Under the pieces are notes generated by a model. The model was not told where the DNA came from. It was given only the letters and a program-made list of their open reading frames with translations, and ran no database searches. DNA of 64,000 nucleotides, from NCBI GenBank assembly GCA_965209155.1, contig OZ242383.1, positions 3,840,001-3,904,000 on the forward strand. The letters are read 5' to 3'. This DNA comes from a bacterium (GTDB taxonomy: Bacteria; SAR324; NAC60-12). Both the position numbers and the translations under genes were made by a program. Positions 19,195 through 30,255 of the stretch are shown here, piece by piece (within the stretch, counting starts at the first letter, position 1; every line of letters starts with the position of its first letter).

Positions 19195-20208
19195 ATGTCA
19201 ACTATTCAAAGTCGTGAAATTCGTTTGAAAAGCCGGCCGAAAAAGTTACCAACTGCAGAAAATTTTGAATTGGTGGAAACCACGGTTCCGCCCCCTGAGG
19301 CGGGGGAAATCCAGGTAAAAAATCTTTATATGTCGGTAGATCCTTATATGCGAGGACGAATGCGGGATGCGAAAAGTTATGCGGACCCATTTCAAATCGG
19401 AGAAGCGATGACCGGTGGCGCAGTTGGTAAAGTAATTGCGTCACGGTCTCCGGATTTTGCTGTCGGAGACTATGTCAATACCAATCTGGGATGGCGAGAT
19501 CATTCGGTGGGACCGACAACAGGTGTTTCTAAAATCGATCCTTCCAAGGGACCGCTTTCTGCTTTTCTCGGCACTTTGGGAATGCCTGGTATGACCGCCT
19601 ATGTCGGGTTAAATCAAATCGCGAAGCTTCAACCAGGTGAAACGCTCTTTGTTTCCGCCGCCGCCGGTGCCGTAGGGGCAGTTGCCTGTCAAATCGGGAA
19701 AAATCTTGGCTGTCGAGTGGTTGGCAGCGTTGGTTCCAATGAAAAAGCAGACTGGCTGAAAGAGGAAGCAGGTGTGGACGTGGCAATCAATTATAAAACG
19801 GTGGACCATCTGGAATCCAGGATTGCGGAAGCCTGTCCGGATGGCATTGATGTCTATTTTGAAAATGTCGGTGGAGAGCATTTGGTGGCATCTTTAAATT
19901 TGATGAATCGATTTGGTCGAATTGCGTTATGCGGAATGATCGCTATGTACAATGAACCCATTCCCGGACCCCGTAATTTGGCCGTGGCGATCGGACAACA
20001 ATTACGAATTCAAGGATTTATTGTCTATTCCCATTGGGACCTATACCCTCAATTTCTCAATGAAATGGGAGATTGGATTGCGAAAGGAAAGCTCAAGTGG
20101 AAAGAAACGGTGGTGCAGGATCTGGAAAAGGCACCCGACGCGTTCATTGGACTATTCAAGGGGGAAAATACAGGCAAAATGGTCGTTCAACTGGCGGAAG
20201 ATGAGTGA
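19195..20208 (+). CDS. NADP-dependent oxidoreductase (prostaglandin reductase/CurA-like MDR)
   Basis: SVDPYMRGRM, LGMPGMTAY, AAAGAVG, YFENVGG. Confidence 0.9.
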   Translation: MSTIQSREIRLKSRPKKLPTAENFELVETTVPPPEAGEIQVKNLYMSVDPYMRGRMRDAKSYADPFQIGEAMTGGAVGKVIASRSPDFAVGDYVNTNLGWRDHSVGPTTGVSKIDPSKGPLSAFLGTLGMPGMTAYVGLNQIAKLQPGETLFVSAAAGAVGAVACQIGKNLGCRVVGSVGSNEKADWLKEEAGVDVAINYKTVDHLESRIAEACPDGIDVYFENVGGEHLVASLNLMNRFGRIALCGMIAMYNEPIPGPRNLAVAIGQQLRIQGFIVYSHWDLYPQFLNEMGDWIAKGKLKWKETVVQDLEKAPDAFIGLFKGENTGKMVVQLAEDE

Positions 20209-20253
20209 GAATAATCGCGCCAATGATTCAGGGATGAACGAGTTCAGCCGATT

Positions 20254-20685
20254 TCATAATTCCCTTTGAGAGAGAATTTCAAATCCGGAATATTGTGCTT
20301 CAAAAAATTTTTTATTGTTTTTTAAAAACTCTGCAAAATCCCAATCTTCACTGCTGAACCGGTCGGCAAACTCAGGTTTGAGCACATAGGTTTGCGCCGG
20401 TTCACAGTATCCTTTTTCGAGTTTTACTTCAACGATTTCCCTGCGATATTGATCTCCTTCAAAGAGATCGAGTCGCTTCCATGCAGCGGAGGACAAGTTG
20501 TTGTATAGTCGTCCAAGGGTCGTTGCTCTGGAACAGGCTACGATACCAGGATAAATTTCCCCCTTGAGGCATTTTCTTTGGTATTCGCGCAACAATCCTT
20601 TTTTGCCGTCAAAGTAAGTGCCCGTGACCGCAAAAAGAATGTCTTCACACATTAAAGTTCCGTATGCAAATAAATTGCACGTCAT
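20254..20685 (-). CDS. Gamma-glutamylcyclotransferase (AIG2-like)
   Basis: LFAYGTL, YPG, LDLFEG. Confidence 0.85.
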   Translation of the reverse strand: MTCNLFAYGTLMCEDILFAVTGTYFDGKKGLLREYQRKCLKGEIYPGIVACSRATTLGRLYNNLSSAAWKRLDLFEGDQYRREIVEVKLEKGYCEPAQTYVLKPEFADRFSSEDWDFAEFLKNNKKFFEAQYSGFEILSQREL

Positions 20686-20823
20686 TTCTCCCCGCAGGAA
20701 AGCGAAACAAATACCTTTTAAATGCGAATTCACGTTTATCCTGTCTATTGGGTTTATCAAGGGTCTAACCTGACAAGCCGATCAGAATCGCAAGGGAAAC
20801 GTGTTCAGACAGTAATAATCGGG

Positions 20824-21084
20824 TTAACGGGAGGTGTTTTCCCGGCGCGGTCTGGCTTGGTTCACTTTCAGACTGCGTCCTTTCATATCTTTCCCATCAA
20901 AAGCCTTGATAGCGGCTTCTGCCGCTGTATTGTCAGGCATTTCAACAAAGCCGAAACCTTTCGATTGCCCGGAAAATCGGTCGGTGATGATGCTCACGCT
21001 GGAAACTTCTCCAAATGAAGCAAAGGATTCTCTTAATTCATCTTCTGTAACGCTATAAGGTAAATTACCTACATAAATATTCAT
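20824..21084 (-). CDS. RRM RNA-binding protein
   Basis: RNP2 IYVGNL, RNP1 KGFGFVEM. Confidence 0.95.
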   Translation of the reverse strand: MNIYVGNLPYSVTEDELRESFASFGEVSSVSIITDRFSGQSKGFGFVEMPDNTAAEAAIKAFDGKDMKGRSLKVNQARPRRENTSR

Positions 21085-21286
21085 AACTGACTCGCCTCTA
21101 TAAAGAGTAATGCTTGGATGCTATGGAATAACTGGTTTTAGCCAATCATTCGACAACTTCATTCTTATCCTATGGTATTCTTAAGTGATTTTTAAGATAG
21201 TGTCAAATTCAATTCGACAAGATCTCCAAATTACTCAAGCTTGCGCAATTGCTATAATTGAACAATGGTTGAAAGTGATTGAATAA

Positions 21287-22261
21287 TTAATAAACACCTG
21301 CTGTCCTGGCACGCTGTTGGATCAAAGAGAGGATCATATTGATTGTTGGCGTGTCGACCGCAACCATTCGTCCCATTTCCTGTACAACATTGAGCAAGAC
21401 GTCGATTTCCATGGGCCGTTTACGCTCCAAATCTTGCAACATGGAAGTTTTATGTGAGCCCACTGCCGAAGCGCCTTCAATGCGATGATCCACATCCACG
21501 GCAAAACGAACGCCAAATTTCTCTCCTACCGCTTGGGCCTCCAACATCATGGTACGGGCTAGTCGACGGGTTCCCGCATCAGCGCAAATGGCATCCAATG
21601 TGGCATGGGTGAGAGTGCTGATAGAATTGAAAGCAAGATTACCCCATAATTTGAGCCAGATTTCATCGCGAATTTGCTCACGGACAGGTGCTTTGAATCC
21701 TGCCTTGATGAGGGATTTGCTAAGCCTTTTCACTCGTTCTGTTTTATCTCCGCTGGGTTCTCCCAAGGTGAGACGATTTCCTTCCACGTGACGGATGACA
21801 CCTGGTGCGATCAACTCACAAGCCGGATAAATCACACATCCGATAACACGACGGGGATCGATTCCAGACCACTGGAGTCCTCCGGGGTCTATACTTGCCA
21901 GTTGATAATTGGCCCAGCGACCGTCCATCCTGTAGAAATACCACCATGGAATTCCATTGATTCCCCAGACAACTGATGTCTGCGGATCAAACAGCGATTG
22001 CATGGCATCAACGACTTTCAGGACTGAAGGTGCTTTTAAAGTAACAATGACATAATCTTGAACGCCGACTTCCGCAGGATTGTCGGTACTGGGAAGGCGT
22101 ATTCTCCGTTCTTCACCTCGAATCAGCAACTTCAATCCATCTCGTTGTATCGCCTTCAAGTGAGGTCCCCTGGCTATTAATTTTACATTTTCTCCAGCCA
22201 ATGCCAGTTGCACTGCCAGGTAACCTCCGATTGCGCCAGCGCCATAGATACAGATACGCAT
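21287..22261 (-). CDS. Ketopantoate reductase family protein (PanE2/oxalyl-CoA reductase-like)
   Basis: GAGAIGG, NGIPWWYF, WLKLWGN, HKTSMLQD; overlaps the stop of the upstream ligase. Confidence 0.85.
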   Translation of the reverse strand: MRICIYGAGAIGGYLAVQLALAGENVKLIARGPHLKAIQRDGLKLLIRGEERRIRLPSTDNPAEVGVQDYVIVTLKAPSVLKVVDAMQSLFDPQTSVVWGINGIPWWYFYRMDGRWANYQLASIDPGGLQWSGIDPRRVIGCVIYPACELIAPGVIRHVEGNRLTLGEPSGDKTERVKRLSKSLIKAGFKAPVREQIRDEIWLKLWGNLAFNSISTLTHATLDAICADAGTRRLARTMMLEAQAVGEKFGVRFAVDVDHRIEGASAVGSHKTSMLQDLERKRPMEIDVLLNVVQEMGRMVAVDTPTINMILSLIQQRARTAGVY

Positions 22262-23778
22262 TAACCCAACCCCAATTTTTTCGCAAGTCCGATGCGTTTC
22301 AACTTACCAGTCGCGCTTTTAGGAATTTCATCCAAGAGACGTATTATGCGAGGAATTTTGAAATGGGCAAGGCGGGACCTGGCAAATGCGCGAATTTCTG
22401 ATTCTGTCGTCTTCGTCCCTTCTTTAAGTACGATGGCGGCAGCCACCTCCTCCCCTAATTTATCGTGGGGAATCGCAAAAGTGACAACTTGCTCAACAGC
22501 GGGATGGTCCAGTAGCGTTTCTTCAACTTCCCGGGGAGAAATTTTCTCTCCGCCGCGGTTGATGATTTCCTTGAGGCGTCCAGTGATACTCAAGTACCCC
22601 TCTTCATCCATGACGCCTTGATCCCCGGTACGAAACCAATCCTGAATAAAACTCTCGGCATTTGCTTCAGGATTGTTTGCATATCCGGATATAACATTGG
22701 CTCCTCGGATGACGATTTCTCCTTTCGTTCCTGGTTGTTGGAACCGCCCTTGATCGTCCATGATAGCAATCTCCGGACCTGCAGCTACCCCCACAGTACC
22801 GGGTTTACGCGCCAGAGGCGGCAGAGGATTGCTTGACATTTGATGCGCTGCCTCCGTCATCGCATAACTTTCAATAACCGGGACTTTAAAAATGCTCTCC
22901 AGTTCGGTCAATACTTGGGGAGGCAATGACGAGGATGATGATCGTATGAAGCGCAAGGGTGCCGAAATCAGTCGATTCCGGTTTTTCCGCGCACGTAGCA
23001 AAATAGCCTGATGCATGGTGGGTACTGCCGAATACCAAGTGGGTTGGGCTTCTTCAAGCCATGAAAAAAATTTCAGAGCATTGAAGCCAGGTGCGCAAAA
23101 AACACTGGCCCCCGCGCTTAAAGATGCCAGAATCGGAGCCATTAAACCATGAATATGAAACAAAGGCATAATATTCAGGCAGCGGTCTTGGGATGTCAAT
23201 TGTAATGTCTGGCAAATATTGCTTACCGACGTACAGACATTGCGATGGCTCAATGCCACAAGTTTGGGTCGAGAGGTTGTACCCGAAGTATGCAATAGCA
23301 GTGCAAAATCGTCAGTCTCTGCGAAATTTGGGGGAACTGTTGAATTCCGAGTCCCCTTTGGAGAAATCGGAAATATGTCAAACAATCCCGCCCTTTCATT
23401 TTGGACAAGTTCCAAGACAGGAATTTTACGGGCATGCGCGGCATCTTTGGCAGGTGTGGCGCTGTTTTTTTCTACCAGTAGTGCCTTGACGTCTAAATCC
23501 GAAAGGTAAAAATCGAATTCCTCCCGCTGACAGGCAGGGTTTAGCGGTGCTGCGGTAGCACCTGCGGCTATTGAAACAAATGCGGAAGCCATTAGCGGAC
23601 CATTGGATAAGACAATTGCAACAGGATCATTTCTTTCAATACCCAATTGATTCAATGTGGAGACCGTCTTTACAACATGGGCACGCAAGGCCCGGTAAGA
23701 AAGCGACTGTTGCCCGGGAGCGGCAATCGCCTCCGCATCATCCAGACCTGATTTCAAAAGCTGGGGAATGGATTTCAT
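22261..23778 (-). CDS. Acyl-CoA synthetase, oxalate--CoA ligase-like
   Basis: HTSGTTSRPK, PLFHIHGL, TWYSAVPTMHQAIL, LRFIRSSS, YAMTEAAHQMSSNPLP. Confidence 0.8.
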   Translation of the reverse strand: MKSIPQLLKSGLDDAEAIAAPGQQSLSYRALRAHVVKTVSTLNQLGIERNDPVAIVLSNGPLMASAFVSIAAGATAAPLNPACQREEFDFYLSDLDVKALLVEKNSATPAKDAAHARKIPVLELVQNERAGLFDIFPISPKGTRNSTVPPNFAETDDFALLLHTSGTTSRPKLVALSHRNVCTSVSNICQTLQLTSQDRCLNIMPLFHIHGLMAPILASLSAGASVFCAPGFNALKFFSWLEEAQPTWYSAVPTMHQAILLRARKNRNRLISAPLRFIRSSSSSLPPQVLTELESIFKVPVIESYAMTEAAHQMSSNPLPPLARKPGTVGVAAGPEIAIMDDQGRFQQPGTKGEIVIRGANVISGYANNPEANAESFIQDWFRTGDQGVMDEEGYLSITGRLKEIINRGGEKISPREVEETLLDHPAVEQVVTFAIPHDKLGEEVAAAIVLKEGTKTTESEIRAFARSRLAHFKIPRIIRLLDEIPKSATGKLKRIGLAKKLGLG

Positions 23779-23856
23779 TGCTCAGATCGTAAATAGTTTA
23801 TATTGAGGGAATCTTTCTTTGCCGTGAAATACAAGTAGCAACAGTTCTTTATTTGC

Positions 23857-25527
23857 TCAAAACAACCCCTCAACCTCTCCTTTATCATTCATCTTGATGT
23901 GATTGGCAGCCGGTACCCTGGGAAGTCCGGGCATAGTCATGATATCTCCGCAAACCACCACAATGAATCCGGCACCCGCGGAAAGTCGGATTTCACGAAT
24001 TGGAAGTTCAAACTCAATTGGTGCGCCTTTTTGATTGGGATTGGTGGTGAAACTGTACTGTGTTTTAGCGATACAAACAGGAAGGTTGCCAAATCCGTTA
24101 TCTTCAAGATATTTTATTTGATTGATGGTTTTTTGATCAGCAGTAATTTCTGCTGCACGATATATTCTTGTGGCAATCGTTTCGATTTTTTCCCAAATTG
24201 GCATCTCGTTCGGATATGACATAGCAAACCGGCTTGTTTCACCATCAGCGAGATCCGTTACCATTTCCGCCAATTCAAGGGAACCGTCACTTCCCTCCGC
24301 CCAATGCGTGACGGTGATGGCTCTCACTTCGTAATCAGCTGCCAGTTCACGAATGGCTGCAATCTCAGCATCGCTATCCACATCGAAACGGTTGATAGCA
24401 ATCACCATAGGAACACCAAACGAGCGAATGTTTTCTATATGCCTGCAGAGGTTCACGCATCCGTCTTTTACTGCTTGAACATTTTCTTTTCCAAGATCGT
24501 CTTTACCCACCCCCCCGTGCATTTTTAAAGCACGCGAAGTTGCCACAATGACGACGACATCGGGAATTAAATTTGCGCTACGACATTTGATATTGAAGAA
24601 TTTTTCTGCTCCGAGATCTGCGCCGAATCCAGCTTCGGTTACTACGTAATCAGCTAACTTAAGGGCGGTTTTCGTTGCGATTACAGAATTGCAACCATGA
24701 GCGATATTGGCAAAGGGACCTCCATGAATAAAAGCCGGATTGTGTTCCAAAGTCTGCACGAGATTCGGCGAAATGGCGTCTTTCAATAAAACCGTCATGG
24801 GTCCTGGTGCCAAGATTGTTTCAGATGTTATTGCTTTTTGGTTACGGGTATAGCCGATCACGATTTTGCTCAATCTATTTTGCAAATCAGTTAAATCATT
24901 TGCCAGGCAAAAAATCGCCATTATTTCCGAAGCAACGGTGATGTCAAAACTATCTTCACGGGGAAGACTATTGGTCACTCCTCCCAATCCTATGGTAATT
25001 TGGCGCAGTGCGCGATCATTCATATCCAAAACACGTGGCCACGCAATTCTTCTGGGATCAATACCTGCCGCATTGCCCCAATGGAGATGGTTATCAATCA
25101 GAGCTGATAATAAATTGTGGGCGACACCAATAGCGTGGATATCCCCTGTGAAATGTAAATTGATATCTTCCATGGGGACTACCTGCGCATATCCTCCACC
25201 CGCCGCGCCGCCTTTCATTCCAAAACATGGACCGAGAGACGGTTCTCTCAAGCACACAATGGCGTTTTTACCAATTTTATTCAGCCCGTCGCACAGACCA
25301 ACAGAAGTAGTCGTCTTGCCCTCACCCGCTGGAGTTGGCGTGATAGCGGTCATCAGGATCAATTTACCATCCGGGCGATCCTCCAGCCCTTTTACAAGAT
25401 TCATACTTACCTTGGCTTTGCTGTGTCCAAAAGGAATCAAAGCATCCTCAGGAATATTCAATTTTGCTGCAATGTCAGCAATTGGTTTCAAACTGGCTTG
25501 TTGCGCAATTTCAAGATCACTTTTCAT
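23857..25527 (-). CDS. fhs: Formate--tetrahydrofolate ligase
   Basis: [41 protein letters not shown]. Confidence 0.97.
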   Translation of the reverse strand: MKSDLEIAQQASLKPIADIAAKLNIPEDALIPFGHSKAKVSMNLVKGLEDRPDGKLILMTAITPTPAGEGKTTTSVGLCDGLNKIGKNAIVCLREPSLGPCFGMKGGAAGGGYAQVVPMEDINLHFTGDIHAIGVAHNLLSALIDNHLHWGNAAGIDPRRIAWPRVLDMNDRALRQITIGLGGVTNSLPREDSFDITVASEIMAIFCLANDLTDLQNRLSKIVIGYTRNQKAITSETILAPGPMTVLLKDAISPNLVQTLEHNPAFIHGGPFANIAHGCNSVIATKTALKLADYVVTEAGFGADLGAEKFFNIKCRSANLIPDVVVIVATSRALKMHGGVGKDDLGKENVQAVKDGCVNLCRHIENIRSFGVPMVIAINRFDVDSDAEIAAIRELAADYEVRAITVTHWAEGSDGSLELAEMVTDLADGETSRFAMSYPNEMPIWEKIETIATRIYRAAEITADQKTINQIKYLEDNGFGNLPVCIAKTQYSFTTNPNQKGAPIEFELPIREIRLSAGAGFIVVVCGDIMTMPGLPRVPAANHIKMNDKGEVEGLF

Positions 25528-25667
25528 AGTTTCAGAACAAAGATGATTTTTTAATTTCAGAATTTATGACTTTAATAAGTTTTTGTTACCTGAACTTCAA
25601 GTTACTTTTAAAAGTACAAAGTAAAATTTGTTAAAAAGTGTTTAATGTCTGACAGGTTTTGAACAAG

Positions 25668-26060
25668 TTATAGTAAGGACTGCCACTTCCCTACAACTTC
25701 AAACGTTTCGTTTTCGCCAGGCCAGGGTGGCATGGTCACCGCCACAGCTGTCAGCGGCTCATCACCTATCGATCGGAATTGAAAATGAGTATTAACCGGG
25801 ATTGAGATGCACACTCCGCACTCCACAGATACCACTTCCTCCTGCTGATCCAATTTACGCCACATCTCCCCACGTCCTTGTAAAAAAAACCAAAGTTCTT
25901 CTACGGAACGGTGCGCAACAGGAAGTGAAGTTTGGCCCGAGGCTAATTCAAAATGGGCCATACTACCTCCTTTCAAATTCAACATGATTCTCACATCTGA
26001 ACCATCTGGTGCCTTAACATCCGGCTTATCTGGTAAATATTTAGTTTGGAATAGATTCAT
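25668..26060 (-). CDS. Cupin domain protein
   Basis: APDGS, HRSVEELW, THFQFR, MPPWPG. Confidence 0.8.
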   Translation of the reverse strand: MNLFQTKYLPDKPDVKAPDGSDVRIMLNLKGGSMAHFELASGQTSLPVAHRSVEELWFFLQGRGEMWRKLDQQEEVVSVECGVCISIPVNTHFQFRSIGDEPLTAVAVTMPPWPGENETFEVVGKWQSLL

Positions 26061-26333
26061 GTGAACTCCTTCCTGTACGGGACTTCCATATCAAATTTTT
26101 TCTTCCTCGTTCATCTGATATCACTTTATTCGATAAACAAGTTTCTCACCAGAACCATTTATCCCTGATTTTCCCTCTGGTACCGAAGGGTATGAGTGTA
26201 TTTGAAATCTTCTGGATTCAATCAAATTATATTCTTTTCTTGACAATCAAAGTGAGGCCATATAATTTTTCGCATACAAGCGAATTCCGTACCAATTATT
26301 TATTTTTAAAATTCTGACCAGAGAGAAAGTTAA

Positions 26334-27557
26334 ATGAATTTTGATTTTGGAAAATCAGTTTACGAAAAGTCCCAACAACTTATCGCAGAGGCAAAAGACT
26401 CCAATCAAATCGCAAAAATATTGTGCGATCAAGATCCTCAAGGACATAATTATGGTATTGGAATCCTCCTCGACAATAAAGGTCAGCCATTGGGAAGCTC
26501 CTCTGTTTTACAAAATTATGTTTCCAAAGAACTACAAGACAGTCAGCAGGGAAATTATATGAATTCCGCTAATATTCTCAATGAGGTGAAAGAATCCGTG
26601 CTTCGATGGCAACGAATTCCTCGAAAATATTGGGATCAATTTATCTTAGCCTTGCCTTCAGATGCCGGCACCGGTGCAGTGAAAGTTGCTGTTGAGTTGT
26701 CATTACTTATTAATTCTCAACTCGACACAATTGCTATAGAGGCTTTTGGGTGGCCCGCCTATAAAGCCATTGCCAAAGTCACGAGATTGGCATGCAAAGA
26801 ATTTGATGAAAACTCCACGTGCGAAGAAGTGGGAATTCTTCCGATTTATCAAGCAGGTCCTATGAATACAACAGGAAGAGTACGGAAAGCGGATGTGATT
26901 CAGGAGCGGGTCCATTCTGCCATAAAATACAATCATTCCGTAATTCTCGACCGAGCCTATCCAGGTTTTGAGTTTGCCCATCTCTACAAAACTCATTCAT
27001 TCGATCAGATTATGAGCAAAAGTTATCAGCTCCAAATAGAACCTTTTCTAAAAGCAGGTGTCTCTTTCACTTTGGCTATCAGTCCTACCAAAGCTTTTGT
27101 AACCTTTGCTTTAAGGCCCGGGGGATTGATGTTGTACTTTTGCCCTGAGCGTTCTCACATGCAAAAGGTCAACAATTTCTTAAACATGATAATCCGTGCC
27201 CGGGGTTCCGCATTCGAAAATCCGATCACTCGCGCATTCGTTAAAGCAATGGTTTTTGATTTGGAACGATTGGAGATCGAGCACCATCAATCCCTGAATC
27301 GTTTGGATGAAGCAGAATCTCTCTGGCGAAAGCTTGTTAAAAGCACGGCTATCGAACACCTATATTCTGACAAGTATGCGGGTATGTTTCGAAATCCTCC
27401 TGCCAAATCCGAAGCCGCGCTACACATATACAATGCCCATCTCTATCCTGTATTTTCACAGGGACGTTGCCGGCAAAATGTGACAGGCATCCCGGATGAC
27501 GAACAATTGGCTCGAAAACATGTTGCCGTATTTGCCGAACAATGCTTGAATTCCTGA
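26334..27557 (+). CDS. Divergent PLP-dependent aminotransferase (class I/II-like)
   Basis: AGTGA, NTTG, ILDRAYPGF, SPTKAF..FALRPG. Confidence 0.65.
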   Translation: MNFDFGKSVYEKSQQLIAEAKDSNQIAKILCDQDPQGHNYGIGILLDNKGQPLGSSSVLQNYVSKELQDSQQGNYMNSANILNEVKESVLRWQRIPRKYWDQFILALPSDAGTGAVKVAVELSLLINSQLDTIAIEAFGWPAYKAIAKVTRLACKEFDENSTCEEVGILPIYQAGPMNTTGRVRKADVIQERVHSAIKYNHSVILDRAYPGFEFAHLYKTHSFDQIMSKSYQLQIEPFLKAGVSFTLAISPTKAFVTFALRPGGLMLYFCPERSHMQKVNNFLNMIIRARGSAFENPITRAFVKAMVFDLERLEIEHHQSLNRLDEAESLWRKLVKSTAIEHLYSDKYAGMFRNPPAKSEAALHIYNAHLYPVFSQGRCRQNVTGIPDDEQLARKHVAVFAEQCLNS

Positions 27558-27623
27558 TTTTTCCTCAACAAGCGTCAAAAAATTTCAGACGGAACTTCCA
27601 ATTCTATTATGTAGGGAGATAAA

Positions 27624-28379
27624 ATGAATGAGTGCGAGCAATTAGCAAATCAGCTAAAAAACTCTTTGAAACTAACATTGTCACCCGTTGGGATTTCTTT
27701 TAATGAAGAAACCTCATCGGAAATACAGTCATTCAAAGGCACTGTTTCAGCAGGTTGCGTATTTTGGCAAGAAGGTACCGACAAAATATTTTTAACTAAC
27801 ACCAAAGACCATGAGCTTTGTTCAATTGGGGTGCATACTCACAATCTGAAAAACCCCGCAGAAAACTTTGCGAGTGAATTAAAAGAATCTTTATCGGCAA
27901 TGGCAGGATTGGACTATGTTCGCGAGGAAGAGGTGGCTCAAATTCCCGTCCTGAGGAAGAAACCTCGCAATGTCATATATGGTCCGCTTGAAAAATTTTC
28001 TAAGAAACCCGAAGTTGTGTTGTTATTTGCCAATGCTCAGCAGGGGTTAATTATCAGTGAAGCCATCACTCGTGAAGATAAAACCATTCCATTCGCCATG
28101 GGGCGTCCAGCATGCGCAGTGATCCCACAAGTTGTCAATCAAGGAGTGGCGGTGCAGAGTTTGGGTTGCTGTGGTGCGAGAGCTTATTTGGATAAATTTT
28201 CAGATGATCTTTCATTATGGGCATTTCCGGGAAAAAAAATTGATCTCTATTGCAAGCAAATTTCAACGCTTGCCAAAGCCAATGCAACTTTGTCCATATT
28301 TCATGGAAACAGAAAAAAAGATGTAAATGCGGGATTACAACCCTCAATCCAGGATTCATTAAAACGTCTTTCTTCCTGA
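27624..28379 (+). CDS. DUF169 family protein
   Basis: PVGI, GCVFW, CSIG, RPAC, SLGCCGAR. Confidence 0.75.
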   Translation: MNECEQLANQLKNSLKLTLSPVGISFNEETSSEIQSFKGTVSAGCVFWQEGTDKIFLTNTKDHELCSIGVHTHNLKNPAENFASELKESLSAMAGLDYVREEEVAQIPVLRKKPRNVIYGPLEKFSKKPEVVLLFANAQQGLIISEAITREDKTIPFAMGRPACAVIPQVVNQGVAVQSLGCCGARAYLDKFSDDLSLWAFPGKKIDLYCKQISTLAKANATLSIFHGNRKKDVNAGLQPSIQDSLKRLSS

Positions 28380-28386
28380 TCTGTTG

Positions 28387-28794
28387 CTAACCACAGGGCA
28401 GATGCGGGCAGACTGATATCGGCCAGAAGTCCGCCATGACCTTTATTGCATGAAAATAATCGAGCAGGGCCGCTTGTTTGGTAACCAGGGCGGTTTGCCG
28501 TTGCGGCAGAATCAAGATCCCGCTGGCGAGGCCGACCCGCTCGGTCACTGCCGCAATGTAAGTCATGGTAACAAAGATCTCATGGAACGAGTCGTCCACA
28601 TCGTAACTACCATTTGCTTTAACTAAAGTCTCATCAAAGTCGGATATCGCTGATCAGTCTGCCCCGAGGACGTGGTCCGAGACCACAACAAAATCGATGC
28701 CGATCGCCTCTGCCGCCTGGGCCCAATCGCGGATCACGACGTGGTCGACCGGCAGGTCATTGGTCGGAAAAAACGCGCCAATCTGAATACTCAT
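28387..28794 (-). pseudogene. LLM-class (likely F420-dependent) oxidoreductase, internal stop and truncated
   Basis: MSIQIGAFFP...SDHVLGAD*...FHEIFVTMTYIAAVT...ILILPQRQTALVTKQAA; remainder missing. Confidence 0.8.
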
Positions 28795-28815
28795 ACTCTT
28801 TCCTTTCTATTCTCA

Positions 28816-28998
28816 ATAACGGATGTTACGTGAATAGTTTTTGCATGCAAATACCTTTTCCATCTTTGGGCTGTCCAAGGGCAAAGGCCGACGTGGAACG
28901 GGCAGAGCAGCAAGGGGGGAGAGGGGAGACAGGAGTTTCCATTGCTGTGGGTCAAAAAATTTATCCTTCGTAAATCTCATGCACGTAACATGAGTTAT
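28816..28998. repeat. MITE-like element with 15/17-bp TIRs
   Basis: ATAACGGATGTTACGTG ... CACGTAACATGAGTTAT. Confidence 0.55.
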
Positions 28999-29009
28999 GT
29001 AAGTAGAAA

Positions 29010-30080
29010 TTACAAGGCATGAGGGTCGATGGTCACCCACCGTTGTTCAGCAGCTCCCTGGTAGAGCGCTTCCATGACATAGCTCCGGTAGGCGGCTTCA
29101 TGGACACTCACCAGGTGTTCTGATTGGTTCTTGATGACCGCATCTATGAAGAGATTGAGAGGTACAGGCATTTCCGGGGGTAAATCTGTCCAGGGTTCTT
29201 TGCCAGTCGCCTTTGCGTCGCCTTTGATGAAAAAAAAGAGGTCGTCTCCCGTGTCTATATCACGGTTACTGATAATTTGGTGGGGCATTCCGGGGGTGCC
29301 CCGGATAAAGGCATGGCCTTCGGTGCCGGTGATGATCAACGAGGTGGGTTCGACCCAATCCAGAAAGCCGGCAGACATCGTCGCCAGGATGCCATTTGTG
29401 AAGCGTAAGATGGATTCTCCGCATTCCTCGCAGCCGGGATACCGCTGCAGGGGACGGGTGAAGGTGGCGGTCACGGCTGCTAACTCGGCAAGATCGCCGA
29501 TGAGAAAGAGCAGCAGATCCAAGCTATGGGTTCCCACATCTCCAAAGGCCCCGAAGCCTGATTTTTCAAGATCGGTCATCCAGAGACAATCCCCTTTGTA
29601 GATGTCATCATAAACCCCGGTTGTGCCAAAATCCAAGCGGATGCGGCTGATCTTGCCGAATTTTCTCTCGGTTATTTGCTGCTTGAGAAACCGATGGGCG
29701 GGGTGGTATCGTTTGTAGTAGCCTGTTTGAAAAATCACGCCTGAGGTTTCCAACGCTTGTTTTATTTTCCTGGCATCCACCAAGCCCAGGGCCAGGGGTT
29801 TTTCCACAAAGCAGTGCTTTTTGGCTGCGGTGATTTGCAAGACCAATGCTTCATGGAGAAAGGTCTCCGATAAGACAATCACCGCCTCTAAATCCGGTGT
29901 GTTGAGGACAACGGACACTTCTGTCTTCGCCTCACAGTTGAATTGGTGGGCATACTTTTGAGCAATCGCGGGATCAGGATCCCAAATAGCGACCACTACC
30001 ACGTCGGAACGAGCAGCGATCTCCTCGCAACAGGCGGAGGTGTGGATATGACTGACCCCCAGCAAAGCAATTTTTTTCAT
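29010..30080 (-). CDS. Gfo/Idh/MocA oxidoreductase
   Basis: KKIALLGVSH, FVEKPL, GAFGDVGTHSLD. Confidence 0.9.
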   Translation of the reverse strand: MKKIALLGVSHIHTSACCEEIAARSDVVVVAIWDPDPAIAQKYAHQFNCEAKTEVSVVLNTPDLEAVIVLSETFLHEALVLQITAAKKHCFVEKPLALGLVDARKIKQALETSGVIFQTGYYKRYHPAHRFLKQQITERKFGKISRIRLDFGTTGVYDDIYKGDCLWMTDLEKSGFGAFGDVGTHSLDLLLFLIGDLAELAAVTATFTRPLQRYPGCEECGESILRFTNGILATMSAGFLDWVEPTSLIITGTEGHAFIRGTPGMPHQIISNRDIDTGDDLFFFIKGDAKATGKEPWTDLPPEMPVPLNLFIDAVIKNQSEHLVSVHEAAYRSYVMEALYQGAAEQRWVTIDPHAL

Positions 30081-30255
30081 GATTTTTCCTTGCCCCTCTC
30101 TACCAGTCTTTGTGCCAGGCCAGCACCAACCCAACCTGTTCCGCCGGTAATTAGTATAGTCATTAGTTTTTCTCCCTATTATAATCTTAACGTTTACATT
30201 AATTTCTTTTTCAAAACATAAACCTCCCCCCATTCACACTGAGGTTCTGGCCGGC

